Below are positions 36,217 to 45,649 of a stretch of 64,000 nucleotides of DNA, piece by piece. Origin of the DNA: a virus. Taxonomy: Duplodnaviria; Caudoviricetes. The notes beneath the pieces were generated by a model that did no database searches, was not told where the DNA came from, and worked only from the letters and a program-made list of their open reading frames with translations. Position 1 is the first letter of the stretch, and every line of letters begins with the position of its first letter. The stretch lies in the IMG/VR virus record IMGVR_UViG_3300033066_001466, positions 1 through 64,000 of that record. One strand, 5' to 3'. The position numbers and the translations under genes were made by a program.

Positions 36217-36929
36217 CATTTGATTATAGTTTCATGATGAGACATCATACTGATGGTATGACAGTTGCCGCTTTAGCTAAAGAGGCTGGTGTTCATACTA
36301 ATCAACTAAGAAGAGCTATGATAAAAGCTGGGATTGAGATTAAGAGTAGAAGTGAATCTATGAGGGATAGTTTTGCGGCTGGTCATTCAGAAGTAAAAGG
36401 AGGATTCACGCTATCCGAAGAGCATAAAGACTCTATTTCAAAAGCTAATAAAGGTCGTGCTGCCGGATTAAGAAATACTACTAATAATGTATTTATGGAT
36501 AAAAATAATAAAGATTGGATTCACGGAAGAAGTGCTAAAGAAAACAGTAAAGCATCTAAAAAAGGCAGTAAATTTGAGAAAGTTATAGTTGACAAACTTA
36601 TCGAGTTAGGTTATAATGTAGGAAACCAAGTCCGCTTAAACGATTACAAAATTGACATTTTTATTGCGGCCTATAATTTAGCTATTGAGATTGATGGAAT
36701 TTCTCATAGAAAACCTGTTTTTGGGGCAGGCAAACTACAAGAAACTAGGGACAGGGATAAGGCTAAAGACGACGCAATGAAACAAAGAGGAATGTCAATA
36801 GTTAGGATTATGAATGACCAAAAAGGTGTTAGCAGATATAATACTAATTTGGTGATTAAATTCATCCTAGAAACCATTAAAATGCTAGAAACTACTAGCC
36901 ACCTATATAGGGTTATCGAAGTACGATAG
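36207..36929 (+). CDS. DUF559/Vsr-type homing endonuclease with NUMOD3-like repeat
   Basis: HTH N-terminus, LSEEHKDSISKANKGR, KIDIFI..NLAIEIDGISH, RD..KD. Confidence 0.7.
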   Translation: MAITFDYSFMMRHHTDGMTVAALAKEAGVHTNQLRRAMIKAGIEIKSRSESMRDSFAAGHSEVKGGFTLSEEHKDSISKANKGRAAGLRNTTNNVFMDKNNKDWIHGRSAKENSKASKKGSKFEKVIVDKLIELGYNVGNQVRLNDYKIDIFIAAYNLAIEIDGISHRKPVFGAGKLQETRDRDKAKDDAMKQRGMSIVRIMNDQKGVSRYNTNLVIKFILETIKMLETTSHLYRVIEVR

Positions 36930-36959
36930 TTAAATGCCAATTGAACCAAAGGAAAATAT

Positions 36960-37700
36960 ATGTTAACGATGGCAGAATTAAAGACAAGCTTTGAGGGTAA
37001 TGAATGGGTGAATCCAGAATGGACAGATTTAGTATTAGAACAATTGGCCGATAATGAAGTTTCGATTGACCAGAAAGGTAAGAAGTATCCGCGAGTTAGA
37101 GGGCTTCGTCGAATTGGTTCATTCTTATCTCAAGCTTATATTGTATGCGACAGTATTAGCTGTAACGAACAATATGCTGCTTGTAAAGCTGAAGCTTATA
37201 TCTATGGTTATGGCGACCGCGGTTATACCGTAAAAGTTGCTAGTTCAATGGCTGAAGCAACCCCAACAAATGTTAACAATGAAATGATTGCTAAGCACCT
37301 ACTAGCAACTGCTGAAAGCCGAGCCGAAGGACGATGTTGGACTAAAGTGCTTAAACTTAACTGTTTAACAGCCGAAGAAATGAGTTTAGGAGCAACTGAA
37401 ACTACTAAACCTGACGCAGTCAAGGATATTGATGAAGAAAACGGCACCATTAATTCAATGCAAAGGAAAATGATTAATAAAAAATGCAAACTCTTAAATA
37501 TTGATGCTAATAAATTTGCCGAGGACGTATGTAATACTAAAGATGAAAGCGGACAGTTACTATTTGACCCAAAAACTAATCTAGTTAAGGGCATATTATC
37601 AAAATTATTGGCTTCTAAAGTTATTGAACTACTTGGAAGAATTGAGCGGGCCGAAGATAAAGTTAAGCCCGAACTTGAGGGTTTTGTTACTTTAAACTAA
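36960..37700 (+). CDS. putative single-strand annealing protein (Rad52/Sak-like)
   Basis: LATAESRAEGRCWTKVLKLNCLTAEE resembles the A.AETRA.GRA...L...AEE SSAP motif; next to an SSB-like gene. Confidence 0.4.
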   Translation: MLTMAELKTSFEGNEWVNPEWTDLVLEQLADNEVSIDQKGKKYPRVRGLRRIGSFLSQAYIVCDSISCNEQYAACKAEAYIYGYGDRGYTVKVASSMAEATPTNVNNEMIAKHLLATAESRAEGRCWTKVLKLNCLTAEEMSLGATETTKPDAVKDIDEENGTINSMQRKMINKKCKLLNIDANKFAEDVCNTKDESGQLLFDPKTNLVKGILSKLLASKVIELLGRIERAEDKVKPELEGFVTLN

Positions 37701-37729
37701 TGTAGTTTTCTTTTGTGAAAGGTTTGATT

Positions 37730-38173
37730 ATGGTACGTTTAAGTAAGAATGTTGGTGCTGGTGTTACAGCCTCTGTTGAGGGCGAAAGCTTTACCGAGGC
37801 TTTTGAGCAAATGGCTATGATTGAAGAGTGTTATGAGGCTTGTCCACTTGAGCAGTCTAATGGCAGTTTCCGTCATCGTGTACGAGACGTTGAAAAGGAT
37901 GGCAAAGAATATCGTTATTACGAATTGATGGATATTGAGACTAAAGCTCGTCTAAGTTTGGGTCAATATGACCAAAAAGACAAAAAGGGTTTCCTATTTC
38001 CAAAGCGTAAAGCTTCTGCTGAAAAGGGTGGAGAATGGCTACCAAATCGCGGCTGGGAAGTTTGGGCACCTCAAAATGCCGCTAAGCCAGCACAAGAGAA
38101 GTCAAAGAGCGCTCCTACCAAAAAAAACACTAGTGCTAAAGTAGCAAATTCTGATGATGAGTTACCATTCTAG
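37730..38173 (+). CDS. putative single-stranded DNA-binding protein
   Basis: Beta-rich core, disordered linker, acidic C-terminal tip SDDELPF. Confidence 0.55.
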   Translation: MVRLSKNVGAGVTASVEGESFTEAFEQMAMIEECYEACPLEQSNGSFRHRVRDVEKDGKEYRYYELMDIETKARLSLGQYDQKDKKGFLFPKRKASAEKGGEWLPNRGWEVWAPQNAAKPAQEKSKSAPTKKNTSAKVANSDDELPF

Positions 38174-38194
38174 TAATTAAATAGGTACAAAAAT

Positions 38195-38212
38195 AGGGGC
38201 CATTTGGCCCCT
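38195..38212. terminator. bidirectional terminator between the convergent gene blocks
   Basis: AGGGGCC-ATTT-GGCCCCT flanked by A-rich (left) and T-rich (right) tracts. Confidence 0.75.
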
Positions 38213-38239
38213 TGCTTTGTTTAATAGGTTGACGACAGT

Positions 38240-38542
38240 TTAGGTAACTGGAAAATTTGGCCCAGGATTAGGTGGATTTACAGGAACTATAGGGTCAACT
38301 GGTGTTTTTGGGGCCAATAAACCATTAATAAAATTTTGTAGGTACTTAAGAACAAGGGCCACAATTGCTACAATAGCAGCAGTATTTGAACCTAAATCTA
38401 GATTTGCTAGATTGTTTGTCACATATGTGATAATTGCGGACAAAACAAAGATACCACCATTAATTAAGAAGTCCTTCCAAGTGGTAGTTGCTGCTGCCGG
38501 AACAGTTGCTGTTAGTGTTAGTGCTTTACCGAACTTATTCAT
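38240..38542 (-). CDS. holin-like membrane protein
   Basis: Two hydrophobic segments (GGIFVLSAIITYV; TAAIVAIVALVLKYL), small size, last gene of the tail module. Confidence 0.45.
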   Translation of the reverse strand: MNKFGKALTLTATVPAAATTTWKDFLINGGIFVLSAIITYVTNNLANLDLGSNTAAIVAIVALVLKYLQNFINGLLAPKTPVDPIVPVNPPNPGPNFPVT

Positions 38543-38598
38543 TGAAATCTCCTATTGATACAAAGAAAAATATAGTGTATTTAAGTCAAGAAAAATTT

Positions 38599-39246
38599 TT
38601 AAGTATACTCACCCGAATAATACAATGCAAACAATTTTGAGCCAATTGATGTTGGAGCGGCCCCAATAGCCACATACCAATCATGTCTAGTATCGCCAGT
38701 TCCACCATTTATAGGGTCAGCCCAAGAGGCAATCCCGCCTGAACCAGGGCTTGGAGTTAAACTTAATGTTGCCCCAGAACCACTGCATAATTGCCAAGTT
38801 GTATCGCCTTTGCCTGTACTTCCGCTAAAAGCTTCAGAATTTAATCTGATAACTTCTGCCAAATAACAACTTACACCAGTCGGATTATTAGTTATAGCAT
38901 TTCTGTCGTAAATATATATCTTGTTATTACTTAGGTTAATTACTGAGGATTCTGTAACTCGAATATTGATAGGAGCGTGTTTGTTTTGAATACGAGTTAA
39001 ACTAACAGAAGAAGCTCCAAAAGCTTGATGATAAAATTTAGTAAAGTCTGAACCATCTGGCTTAGTATTACTTACACCTTGTCCAGAAGCAGTTCCGACA
39101 GAATTAGTGATATAAGTGCTATCCTGAAAAGCTCCAACAGCCACAGAAGCCCCAAAAGTTGAACCATAAAAACCTAAACCGCTACCACTAGTTGTAATAG
39201 GGCTATATGTAGAATAATCACTAATATAAAAGGTCGTTGTTGGCAT
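38599..39246 (-). CDS. putative virion structural protein
   Basis: S/T/G-rich beta composition; own motif promoter. Confidence 0.55.
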   Translation of the reverse strand: MPTTTFYISDYSTYSPITTSGSGLGFYGSTFGASVAVGAFQDSTYITNSVGTASGQGVSNTKPDGSDFTKFYHQAFGASSVSLTRIQNKHAPINIRVTESSVINLSNNKIYIYDRNAITNNPTGVSCYLAEVIRLNSEAFSGSTGKGDTTWQLCSGSGATLSLTPSPGSGGIASWADPINGGTGDTRHDWYVAIGAAPTSIGSKLFALYYSGEYT

Positions 39247-39262
39247 TTAGGTCTCCATAAAT

Positions 39263-39273
39263 AATATACTCCG
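39263..39273 (-). promoter_or_regulatory. CGGnGTATA motif copy
   Basis: CGGAGTATATT on the minus strand, 27 nt before ATG 39246. Confidence 0.6.
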
Positions 39274-39295
39274 AACTCAAACGCCGTTAGGCTTA
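39274..39295 (+). repeat. 22-bp repeat copy A (inverted partner at 57943..57964)
   Basis: AACTCAAACGCCGTTAGGCTTA; 21/22 identical to the reverse complement of 57943..57964. Confidence 0.85.
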
Positions 39296-42200
39296 GCAGT
39301 TAGCAGAGATTATGATAAAACGGTTAGATTGAGCATGGTAAGTTGCAGTTACTATTGTACCAGAACTTAATAAAGAATTATGAATATTATAGACAGGAAT
39401 TGGAGTATCCATTTCTGCATCATTTCTACCCATTAATCTCATTTGTCCAGATTGCCAAGTCGTTGAACCTATATCTTTGCCACTAATATCTACATTTAAA
39501 GTTCCATAAACGTGGGTATGAGATGTCCAACAACCTCTAGCTTGGTCATATAATGGGTCAGAAGGTCCAGCTAACCATAATTGAGACTGTTGTCTGTCTT
39601 CATCACCCAAATTTCCACTATCTGTTACCACAGAATTACATAAAAAGTTAAACCCATATCCAACTAATTGCATAGGAGTCTTTAGTCCTATACCTCTAAT
39701 ATTATCGTAAGTCCCCTGTGCATCATACTTTAGAGTATTATTTTGCCCATTATAACTTAATGCTCTGGCATCTTCAGTTAAAGTTTCACCCTTACTATAA
39801 AGCATTAAATCATTGTTAGAACGAAATGGATTCATACTATAAGAAGTGCCTATTAAGTCAATTTCCTGTAGTTGGTCTACTGGTAACTGATAAGCTGGCA
39901 TATCATCTCGTTCAGAATTAGTAGTAAAAGGCCGGAAAATACTATTTACTGATGCCATACTAAAATTTTTGAAAGAGTTAGCGTCTCTTGTGTTGATGTT
40001 TGCTAAAGCCTCAGTAGGTGTCAGAAAGGCCATCTCATGATAGGCTGTATTGTTCTCATAGTTCCAGTTTCTGCCCGCTATAACCGTGTGAGGAGTTCTA
40101 GGGGACAAAGTAGGATGAACCATATAGTTCTGGGTCGCAAAATTAATTAACGGCCCAACATTATTAAAGATTCTCTCATAATTACGCTTCGCTTCTTGTC
40201 GTAACCTATTAAGAGTTCGACCAATTCTTTGTAATCTAGCCTCTTCCCGTTTTGCAAGACTTCCCATAATATTTGGGTCAAAAGAACGTAACCTATAATT
40301 TGTTACAAATCCGCCGTTTGCCCCTACAGAAACATCAATTGAACTAATATTTGAACCTGCATAATAAAGCTCTTCGCCCAAAGAATGGTTAGGCAAGCCT
40401 GGAAAAGACATACTTCCAAATTCTGCGGCATAAGCTTGGGAAGAGACTTGGAACAACTTAGCGGTAGCCGCAAGAAACATTCCGGGATAGCCGCCAAATG
40501 ACCAAGGATTTAAATTATTGTCTTGTTCTACATCTGTGTTGCCCGGAACTCCTGCTAAATACCAACTACCTCGACCGCTTATAGACCCACCATAAGTTTC
40601 AACCCTACTTCGTAAAGGAATAGAAATATAAAGAGGAATTTTTGGACGAGATACTACTCCTATACCAATAGGGAAAACACCCATATTGTTTTTAACCATC
40701 TGTTTGATGGTATCTGTTGTAGAAGCGGGCGGATTACTTAAAAGAATATTTATCCAGTCCGTAATTTCGGCCATATATATGCTTTTCTTTGTTTCATATA
40801 ATGGATTCGATAAATTAACTATTACACAAGGAAAAGGCAATCTTTTAATATCTGTGCTTACTGAAGCCTGAACATAAATTCCATTAGTTTGAACAACAGT
40901 GTTTGTGTTAGTACATTGCTGGGGGTCAACATTATTATTAGTGTAAGTGGCAAAACTGCCAATTCTTCCAGGACTTGATTCTGCCCATAATCTAGTTGCG
41001 TCATTCATTCCAAGTAAATCTTCGCCTATTCCTACATATCCACCTTCAGTATCTACAGTATAGTTATAAATATACTCGTAAGTTTCTATATCGAATCCCT
41101 CAATAATAAACGGAAGATAGACTAAATAAGAACGACCCATATACTGCTCGCCAGCCTGTTGAATCATCTGGTGAACACGTTTAATTTTTGCGTATTGGAC
41201 GTTATCGGAACCTATCGTGCTATGCAAGAATTTAGTTATATCTTGATTCAGACTACTAAGCAGAGTTGGGGGACCAGCTTGAGTAAAATTACCAGATAGT
41301 AAGTCATTAATTGCTGTTCTATCATAGAATATTGGAATACCAAGTTGGGCTGCTAAAGCTGGTTTTTGTATAGAGATATAATTTAACCATGCTTGCTCTC
41401 CATACATAGCTACACGAATTTCGCCGATTGTAGTTGAATATCCATAAGAACCAAGAATATCTGAACAAGTAGAAGCATTTATAGTAACAGAAGCTGTATC
41501 AGATAAGTCCGTACTATATATATAATTTCCATTAATATCGTTGCCCCAGTACGGATACATCGAAGCTTGATTAGCATGATAGAGATAGCTTACGTTTGAA
41601 CCAATAAGAAGTTTACTGCTTGCAGCCCCATTTACAGCTTCCCAACCAGAATTAATAGATTTAGCTTGTTGGATACTATCCGCATATTCATTAATTGATT
41701 TTCTATTGTAAGCTAATTGGGCACGTCTGCTAATTGTGTGAACAGTAATAACGTTAGTATCAGTAACAGTAAAATAATAGTCTAATGAAGCGTCATTTGT
41801 CAATTGGTCGATAAATTGAATTAAGCTTACTGAAGGGTTTCCTTGAATTTTGTAAAAAAGTGGCGGAATAGGAAGTCTAGATAAATCTAATGTAAAATAA
41901 GAATTTTTCCAACATAAAGGTCCGCCATATAAAGGAGCGGCTCCATCATTAACAATAGCATTAATAGCTCTTAAAATTAATTGCCAAGGCATCCCGCCAT
42001 CATTTGATTGAGAATTTCCAAATCCAAGAACGTTTTCCCAATATCCAAAAGCATTAATTACATTAGGAACGGTATTGGTCTGTCCATAATAATTTGCAAT
42101 TATAACTTTAGTCCCAGATAATAATTCTCTAGCATCACTTAAAGTTACTGAATATACCGGATTTCCTGATTCATCTCTCTTTTTTAGGGTGTTTGTTATT

Positions 42201-42403
42201 AAGCCACGAAATCTAAAACTTCCAGCCTGAAAAGTGTGTGTCTCGCCTACAGGAATTATACCATTATTTTCATAGATATATTCATCGCCAGCCCTTAAGT
42301 CGGGAACTAGTTCTACGTTCAAAGTTCCGGGAGAATTACCCCAAGCTTGTTGACTAGTAAAACTCTTAGTAGAGAGGCCTAAAAATTTAATTACTGAAGG
42401 CAT
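39293..42403 (-). CDS. tail tip / baseplate hub-like protein
   Basis: 1036 aa; N-terminal WGNSPGTLNVELV...FRFRGLI hub-like pattern; position downstream of the tape measure. Confidence 0.55.
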   Translation of the reverse strand: MPSVIKFLGLSTKSFTSQQAWGNSPGTLNVELVPDLRAGDEYIYENNGIIPVGETHTFQAGSFRFRGLITNTLKKRDESGNPVYSVTLSDARELLSGTKVIIANYYGQTNTVPNVINAFGYWENVLGFGNSQSNDGGMPWQLILRAINAIVNDGAAPLYGGPLCWKNSYFTLDLSRLPIPPLFYKIQGNPSVSLIQFIDQLTNDASLDYYFTVTDTNVITVHTISRRAQLAYNRKSINEYADSIQQAKSINSGWEAVNGAASSKLLIGSNVSYLYHANQASMYPYWGNDINGNYIYSTDLSDTASVTINASTCSDILGSYGYSTTIGEIRVAMYGEQAWLNYISIQKPALAAQLGIPIFYDRTAINDLLSGNFTQAGPPTLLSSLNQDITKFLHSTIGSDNVQYAKIKRVHQMIQQAGEQYMGRSYLVYLPFIIEGFDIETYEYIYNYTVDTEGGYVGIGEDLLGMNDATRLWAESSPGRIGSFATYTNNNVDPQQCTNTNTVVQTNGIYVQASVSTDIKRLPFPCVIVNLSNPLYETKKSIYMAEITDWINILLSNPPASTTDTIKQMVKNNMGVFPIGIGVVSRPKIPLYISIPLRSRVETYGGSISGRGSWYLAGVPGNTDVEQDNNLNPWSFGGYPGMFLAATAKLFQVSSQAYAAEFGSMSFPGLPNHSLGEELYYAGSNISSIDVSVGANGGFVTNYRLRSFDPNIMGSLAKREEARLQRIGRTLNRLRQEAKRNYERIFNNVGPLINFATQNYMVHPTLSPRTPHTVIAGRNWNYENNTAYHEMAFLTPTEALANINTRDANSFKNFSMASVNSIFRPFTTNSERDDMPAYQLPVDQLQEIDLIGTSYSMNPFRSNNDLMLYSKGETLTEDARALSYNGQNNTLKYDAQGTYDNIRGIGLKTPMQLVGYGFNFLCNSVVTDSGNLGDEDRQQSQLWLAGPSDPLYDQARGCWTSHTHVYGTLNVDISGKDIGSTTWQSGQMRLMGRNDAEMDTPIPVYNIHNSLLSSGTIVTATYHAQSNRFIIISANC

Positions 42404-42409
42404 ATTATC

Positions 42410-43975
42410 CTACGCATTTCTTTCATATTTATAAGCCACATTTCGACTATATCTTTGGGTGAGAGGCATCCAATTCTCATTATCTTGTGTTATAAACAAG
42501 TATCCTGCCGCATAATTAGTAGGAACCAGTCCACTTATCAATAAATCTACTTGAGTTCTAGGTTTTCTATTCATTAGAACTGTTATACTTGTTCCACTAG
42601 GGTCATAAGTTGGTGCCGGAAAAACGGCTTCATAAGAAATTTGTCGTGTAGGATTAGTAGTAGTATTAATATCCTGAAGTATGCCGCCAATAGCTCTATT
42701 TAGAATTACGTGTTCAGCAATTACATCAACCCACCCACTAATATTATCGTCAATAACTGACAATGTCTCTGAAATGGCCCCACTAACTAACGTGTTTGGC
42801 CGGTTATTAAACTCACAATTATATGTGATATTCCCTTTGATAAAATTATGGGTAACAGTTTGATTATTTGGGAATGGATTTAATTGAACACCAACATAAG
42901 ATTGCGCTCTAGTGTATAAATTTCCAGAGATTGTTGAATTCCAAGCCCCAGAAGCATTATTATATTTTACTAAGCCGCTTGAAGCTACCCAAGGGTCAGT
43001 CCCAACCCTAAAAGGCGACATCCCATTAATAGTTCCTTGAATTGAAACTGTTTTATATGGGTCAGTTGCAGACTGTTTAAGTTCAGCACTAAATTCTTCG
43101 GTATAATTTCCTGATGCTAAAGTCCAAGTTTCAGTAATAGCATAATTTCCCGCAAACTTGTCAATTGTATTACTTCTATAGTGATTATAGTTATTAAATT
43201 GGCCACTTACGTTACCAAATCCACCACTATTAAAGAATAATTGATTGTAGTCTGCTCTAGCGTCAACGAAAGCCTTGGCGTTCTCCCATGCCTCCATTGT
43301 CACTCTTCCAATAGTATCCCACGTTCTATAACCTTTAGCAGAAACGGAATGACTACACTTAAAAACACCATAAATTTCGGGGTCAATTTCTATATTAAAC
43401 GATTCACTACAATCCTCAATATTATAAGAAGCAGCAATATCATAACCATCATACTTATCTAAATTGCCACTATCAGAGAACTTGGTATCTTCAGTTGGTA
43501 CTATATCGGGAGAACCCGGTAACATAGCATCAGTTTCAAGACCAATCGTATATTTTGCGTATCTCCACCATTGGCCATCATCAACATGAAAGCTATTGGT
43601 TCTAAAATAGCACTTCATTGGAGGTTGTCCGTTCCAGGGCGTTATCTCCAATAAGCTACCATCTTTTGAGAATAAACTTCTTAAACCTTCAATTTTTAAT
43701 CTTAAAGCATCTTGACCTGTATTTACAGTTCCCCCTATCGTATCTGCCGGATAGCTAAAAGTTCCGCTATTATTAAACAAAATAGAATTATCACCAGCAT
43801 TAACTATATAGGGAGAACCCATAGTGTTAAGAATATAACCATTCAGGGTGAGATTAAATAAAGGTTTGACCTTTCTACCGTCGGGAAGACGCTTGTATGT
43901 TTTTTCAAACGTCAAAAAAGGCGCGGGTGAAATTTTAAATGAATCTCCACCATGTTGCGTAACAACTACTGGCAT
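42410..43975 (-). CDS. tail tip (distal-tail-like) protein
   Basis: 521 aa, beta-rich with internal repeated domain; position in the tail module. Confidence 0.5.
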   Translation of the reverse strand: MPVVVTQHGGDSFKISPAPFLTFEKTYKRLPDGRKVKPLFNLTLNGYILNTMGSPYIVNAGDNSILFNNSGTFSYPADTIGGTVNTGQDALRLKIEGLRSLFSKDGSLLEITPWNGQPPMKCYFRTNSFHVDDGQWWRYAKYTIGLETDAMLPGSPDIVPTEDTKFSDSGNLDKYDGYDIAASYNIEDCSESFNIEIDPEIYGVFKCSHSVSAKGYRTWDTIGRVTMEAWENAKAFVDARADYNQLFFNSGGFGNVSGQFNNYNHYRSNTIDKFAGNYAITETWTLASGNYTEEFSAELKQSATDPYKTVSIQGTINGMSPFRVGTDPWVASSGLVKYNNASGAWNSTISGNLYTRAQSYVGVQLNPFPNNQTVTHNFIKGNITYNCEFNNRPNTLVSGAISETLSVIDDNISGWVDVIAEHVILNRAIGGILQDINTTTNPTRQISYEAVFPAPTYDPSGTSITVLMNRKPRTQVDLLISGLVPTNYAAGYLFITQDNENWMPLTQRYSRNVAYKYERNA

Positions 43976-43977
43976 TA

Positions 43978-44172
43978 TTAAGTATCCTTAAAGATGTTCA
44001 AATCTGGGCCTTTAGCTGTTGACACCTTAACCGTAGACTTAATTGAATCTACAGCCACTTGTGTGATATCATCAATAAAAGTTGGCCCGGAAATATCCGA
44101 AATATGATGAATAATCCAAGCCTTACAGTCTTCCATAAGCTTATTCTCGTCAAAATAAATTTTAATAGTCAT
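43978..44172 (-). CDS. hypothetical protein
   Basis: 64-aa ORF packed between neighbours. Confidence 0.5.
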   Translation of the reverse strand: MTIKIYFDENKLMEDCKAWIIHHISDISGPTFIDDITQVAVDSIKSTVKVSTAKGPDLNIFKDT

Positions 44173-44174
44173 GA

Positions 44175-44411
44175 TTAAAGCTCTTTAGAGTTATCTTTTT
44201 GTTTATCAACCTTTTCTTCTTTTGGTTTCACATTTTTTGGAACTTCAGGAAATTTAATTGCAGCAATAGCCCTATCTACTAAATCCTTAACTCTTGGCTC
44301 AAGCTCTTTCCAAAAAGCTTCAATGTCAATCTGTACAACCATAGGTTGAGCAAATTCTGTTTGAACTGGTTCTACTACATTATTTTTTGTTACAATCTGG
44401 TCTGGTCGCAT
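44175..44411 (-). CDS. hypothetical protein
   Basis: 78-aa ORF with AAGGA RBS. Confidence 0.55.
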   Translation of the reverse strand: MRPDQIVTKNNVVEPVQTEFAQPMVVQIDIEAFWKELEPRVKDLVDRAIAAIKFPEVPKNVKPKEEKVDKQKDNSKEL

Positions 44412-44473
44412 TTTCGTTCCTTTTAATCGCCAATTAGTTATAAATTTCTAAGCTTGACGACGATTAAGTCAAA

Positions 44474-45649
44474 CTAGAATCCGGCCTCATATAAAAACAT
44501 TCCACTATCAGGAAATCCCTTCACATACTTCATAGATAAATTCATATTTCCACTAATAGCTGTTGTATCCGCTTTCAAAAATAGATTAGTTATGCCCGAA
44601 ATTGGAGTTGTTCCACCACTAATATAGCAAGTGAAAGATAAATTCTCATTACGCTGTATATAAAGGGGAAATCCTGAACCAATCGGAGCATATCCATCAT
44701 TAATTCCACTAGCGTTAATATAAAGATTTTGTCCACTTCCTATCCCTGTATAAGTAGAATACACCGTCAAATTCATTGCTTTACTAACTATATAGTCTGT
44801 ATTTGATAAGTAAAGTGGAAAACCACTAGAAAGTCCATAACTTGCACTAGATTGTTGCATATATAGGGGCATTTGAAACTCAATTAAGTTTTGGCCCGAA
44901 ATATACATATCAAAACCAGCAAAAAAAGCTCCTGCGATTCCACCTGAAGGGCAATACTCGGCCAATAAAGCCGACCCAACCTCATCAAGCAATACATTTC
45001 CGCCCTCATCCGTCAGATAACATACTCCACTTCCAGCTTGAAAAGCTCCCATAGCTAGAGTCATACCCGAACTTAAAGAGTGTGCTGAACCTAAAATAAG
45101 GGAAAACCCGCTTCCTAAAGGTATAGGACTACCAAAACTAGTTTCCGCCGATAAAAATGTGGGATTTATAGGTAACGAATCATAAACTTTAAAATCCGAT
45201 AAAACCCCCGGCGACTGAAAGGAGTTGGAACAAAAGAGAATATCACCACTTAAGTTAAGGGCAGAAATACCATTTGTATAGATAACTTCGTTATCCCTAT
45301 ATATAGATAATGAAAAATCTTTGTCCGCAAAAGTCTCTGGTCGGTAATATATGGCCCATTCTGTTTTATTAGAGGTAACAAAACGATTGTCCGGCTTAAA
45401 GAACTGAGCGTCTATCTTAACATAGGGTAGTTGGCCCCCTTTTAGGCCGATTAAGCCCACAGAAAGATTATCTTGAGAAAAAATTTGACCACTAATACCA
45501 CTAGATTGAAACGAATAATAGGCTCCACTAGGTAAACTAATTGGGCCAAAAACTAACTTATCCCCACTAGCTCTTAAATCACTACCGTACTTGGTAGCAC
45601 CATAGTTTCTTATCATTTGGCCAACGAAGTCAGGTATATGTACACGCAT
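44474..45649 (-). CDS. putative tail or virion protein
   Basis: 391 aa with repeated SGxxLY motifs; directly follows the tape measure. Confidence 0.5.
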   Translation of the reverse strand: MRVHIPDFVGQMIRNYGATKYGSDLRASGDKLVFGPISLPSGAYYSFQSSGISGQIFSQDNLSVGLIGLKGGQLPYVKIDAQFFKPDNRFVTSNKTEWAIYYRPETFADKDFSLSIYRDNEVIYTNGISALNLSGDILFCSNSFQSPGVLSDFKVYDSLPINPTFLSAETSFGSPIPLGSGFSLILGSAHSLSSGMTLAMGAFQAGSGVCYLTDEGGNVLLDEVGSALLAEYCPSGGIAGAFFAGFDMYISGQNLIEFQMPLYMQQSSASYGLSSGFPLYLSNTDYIVSKAMNLTVYSTYTGIGSGQNLYINASGINDGYAPIGSGFPLYIQRNENLSFTCYISGGTTPISGITNLFLKADTTAISGNMNLSMKYVKGFPDSGMFLYEAGF

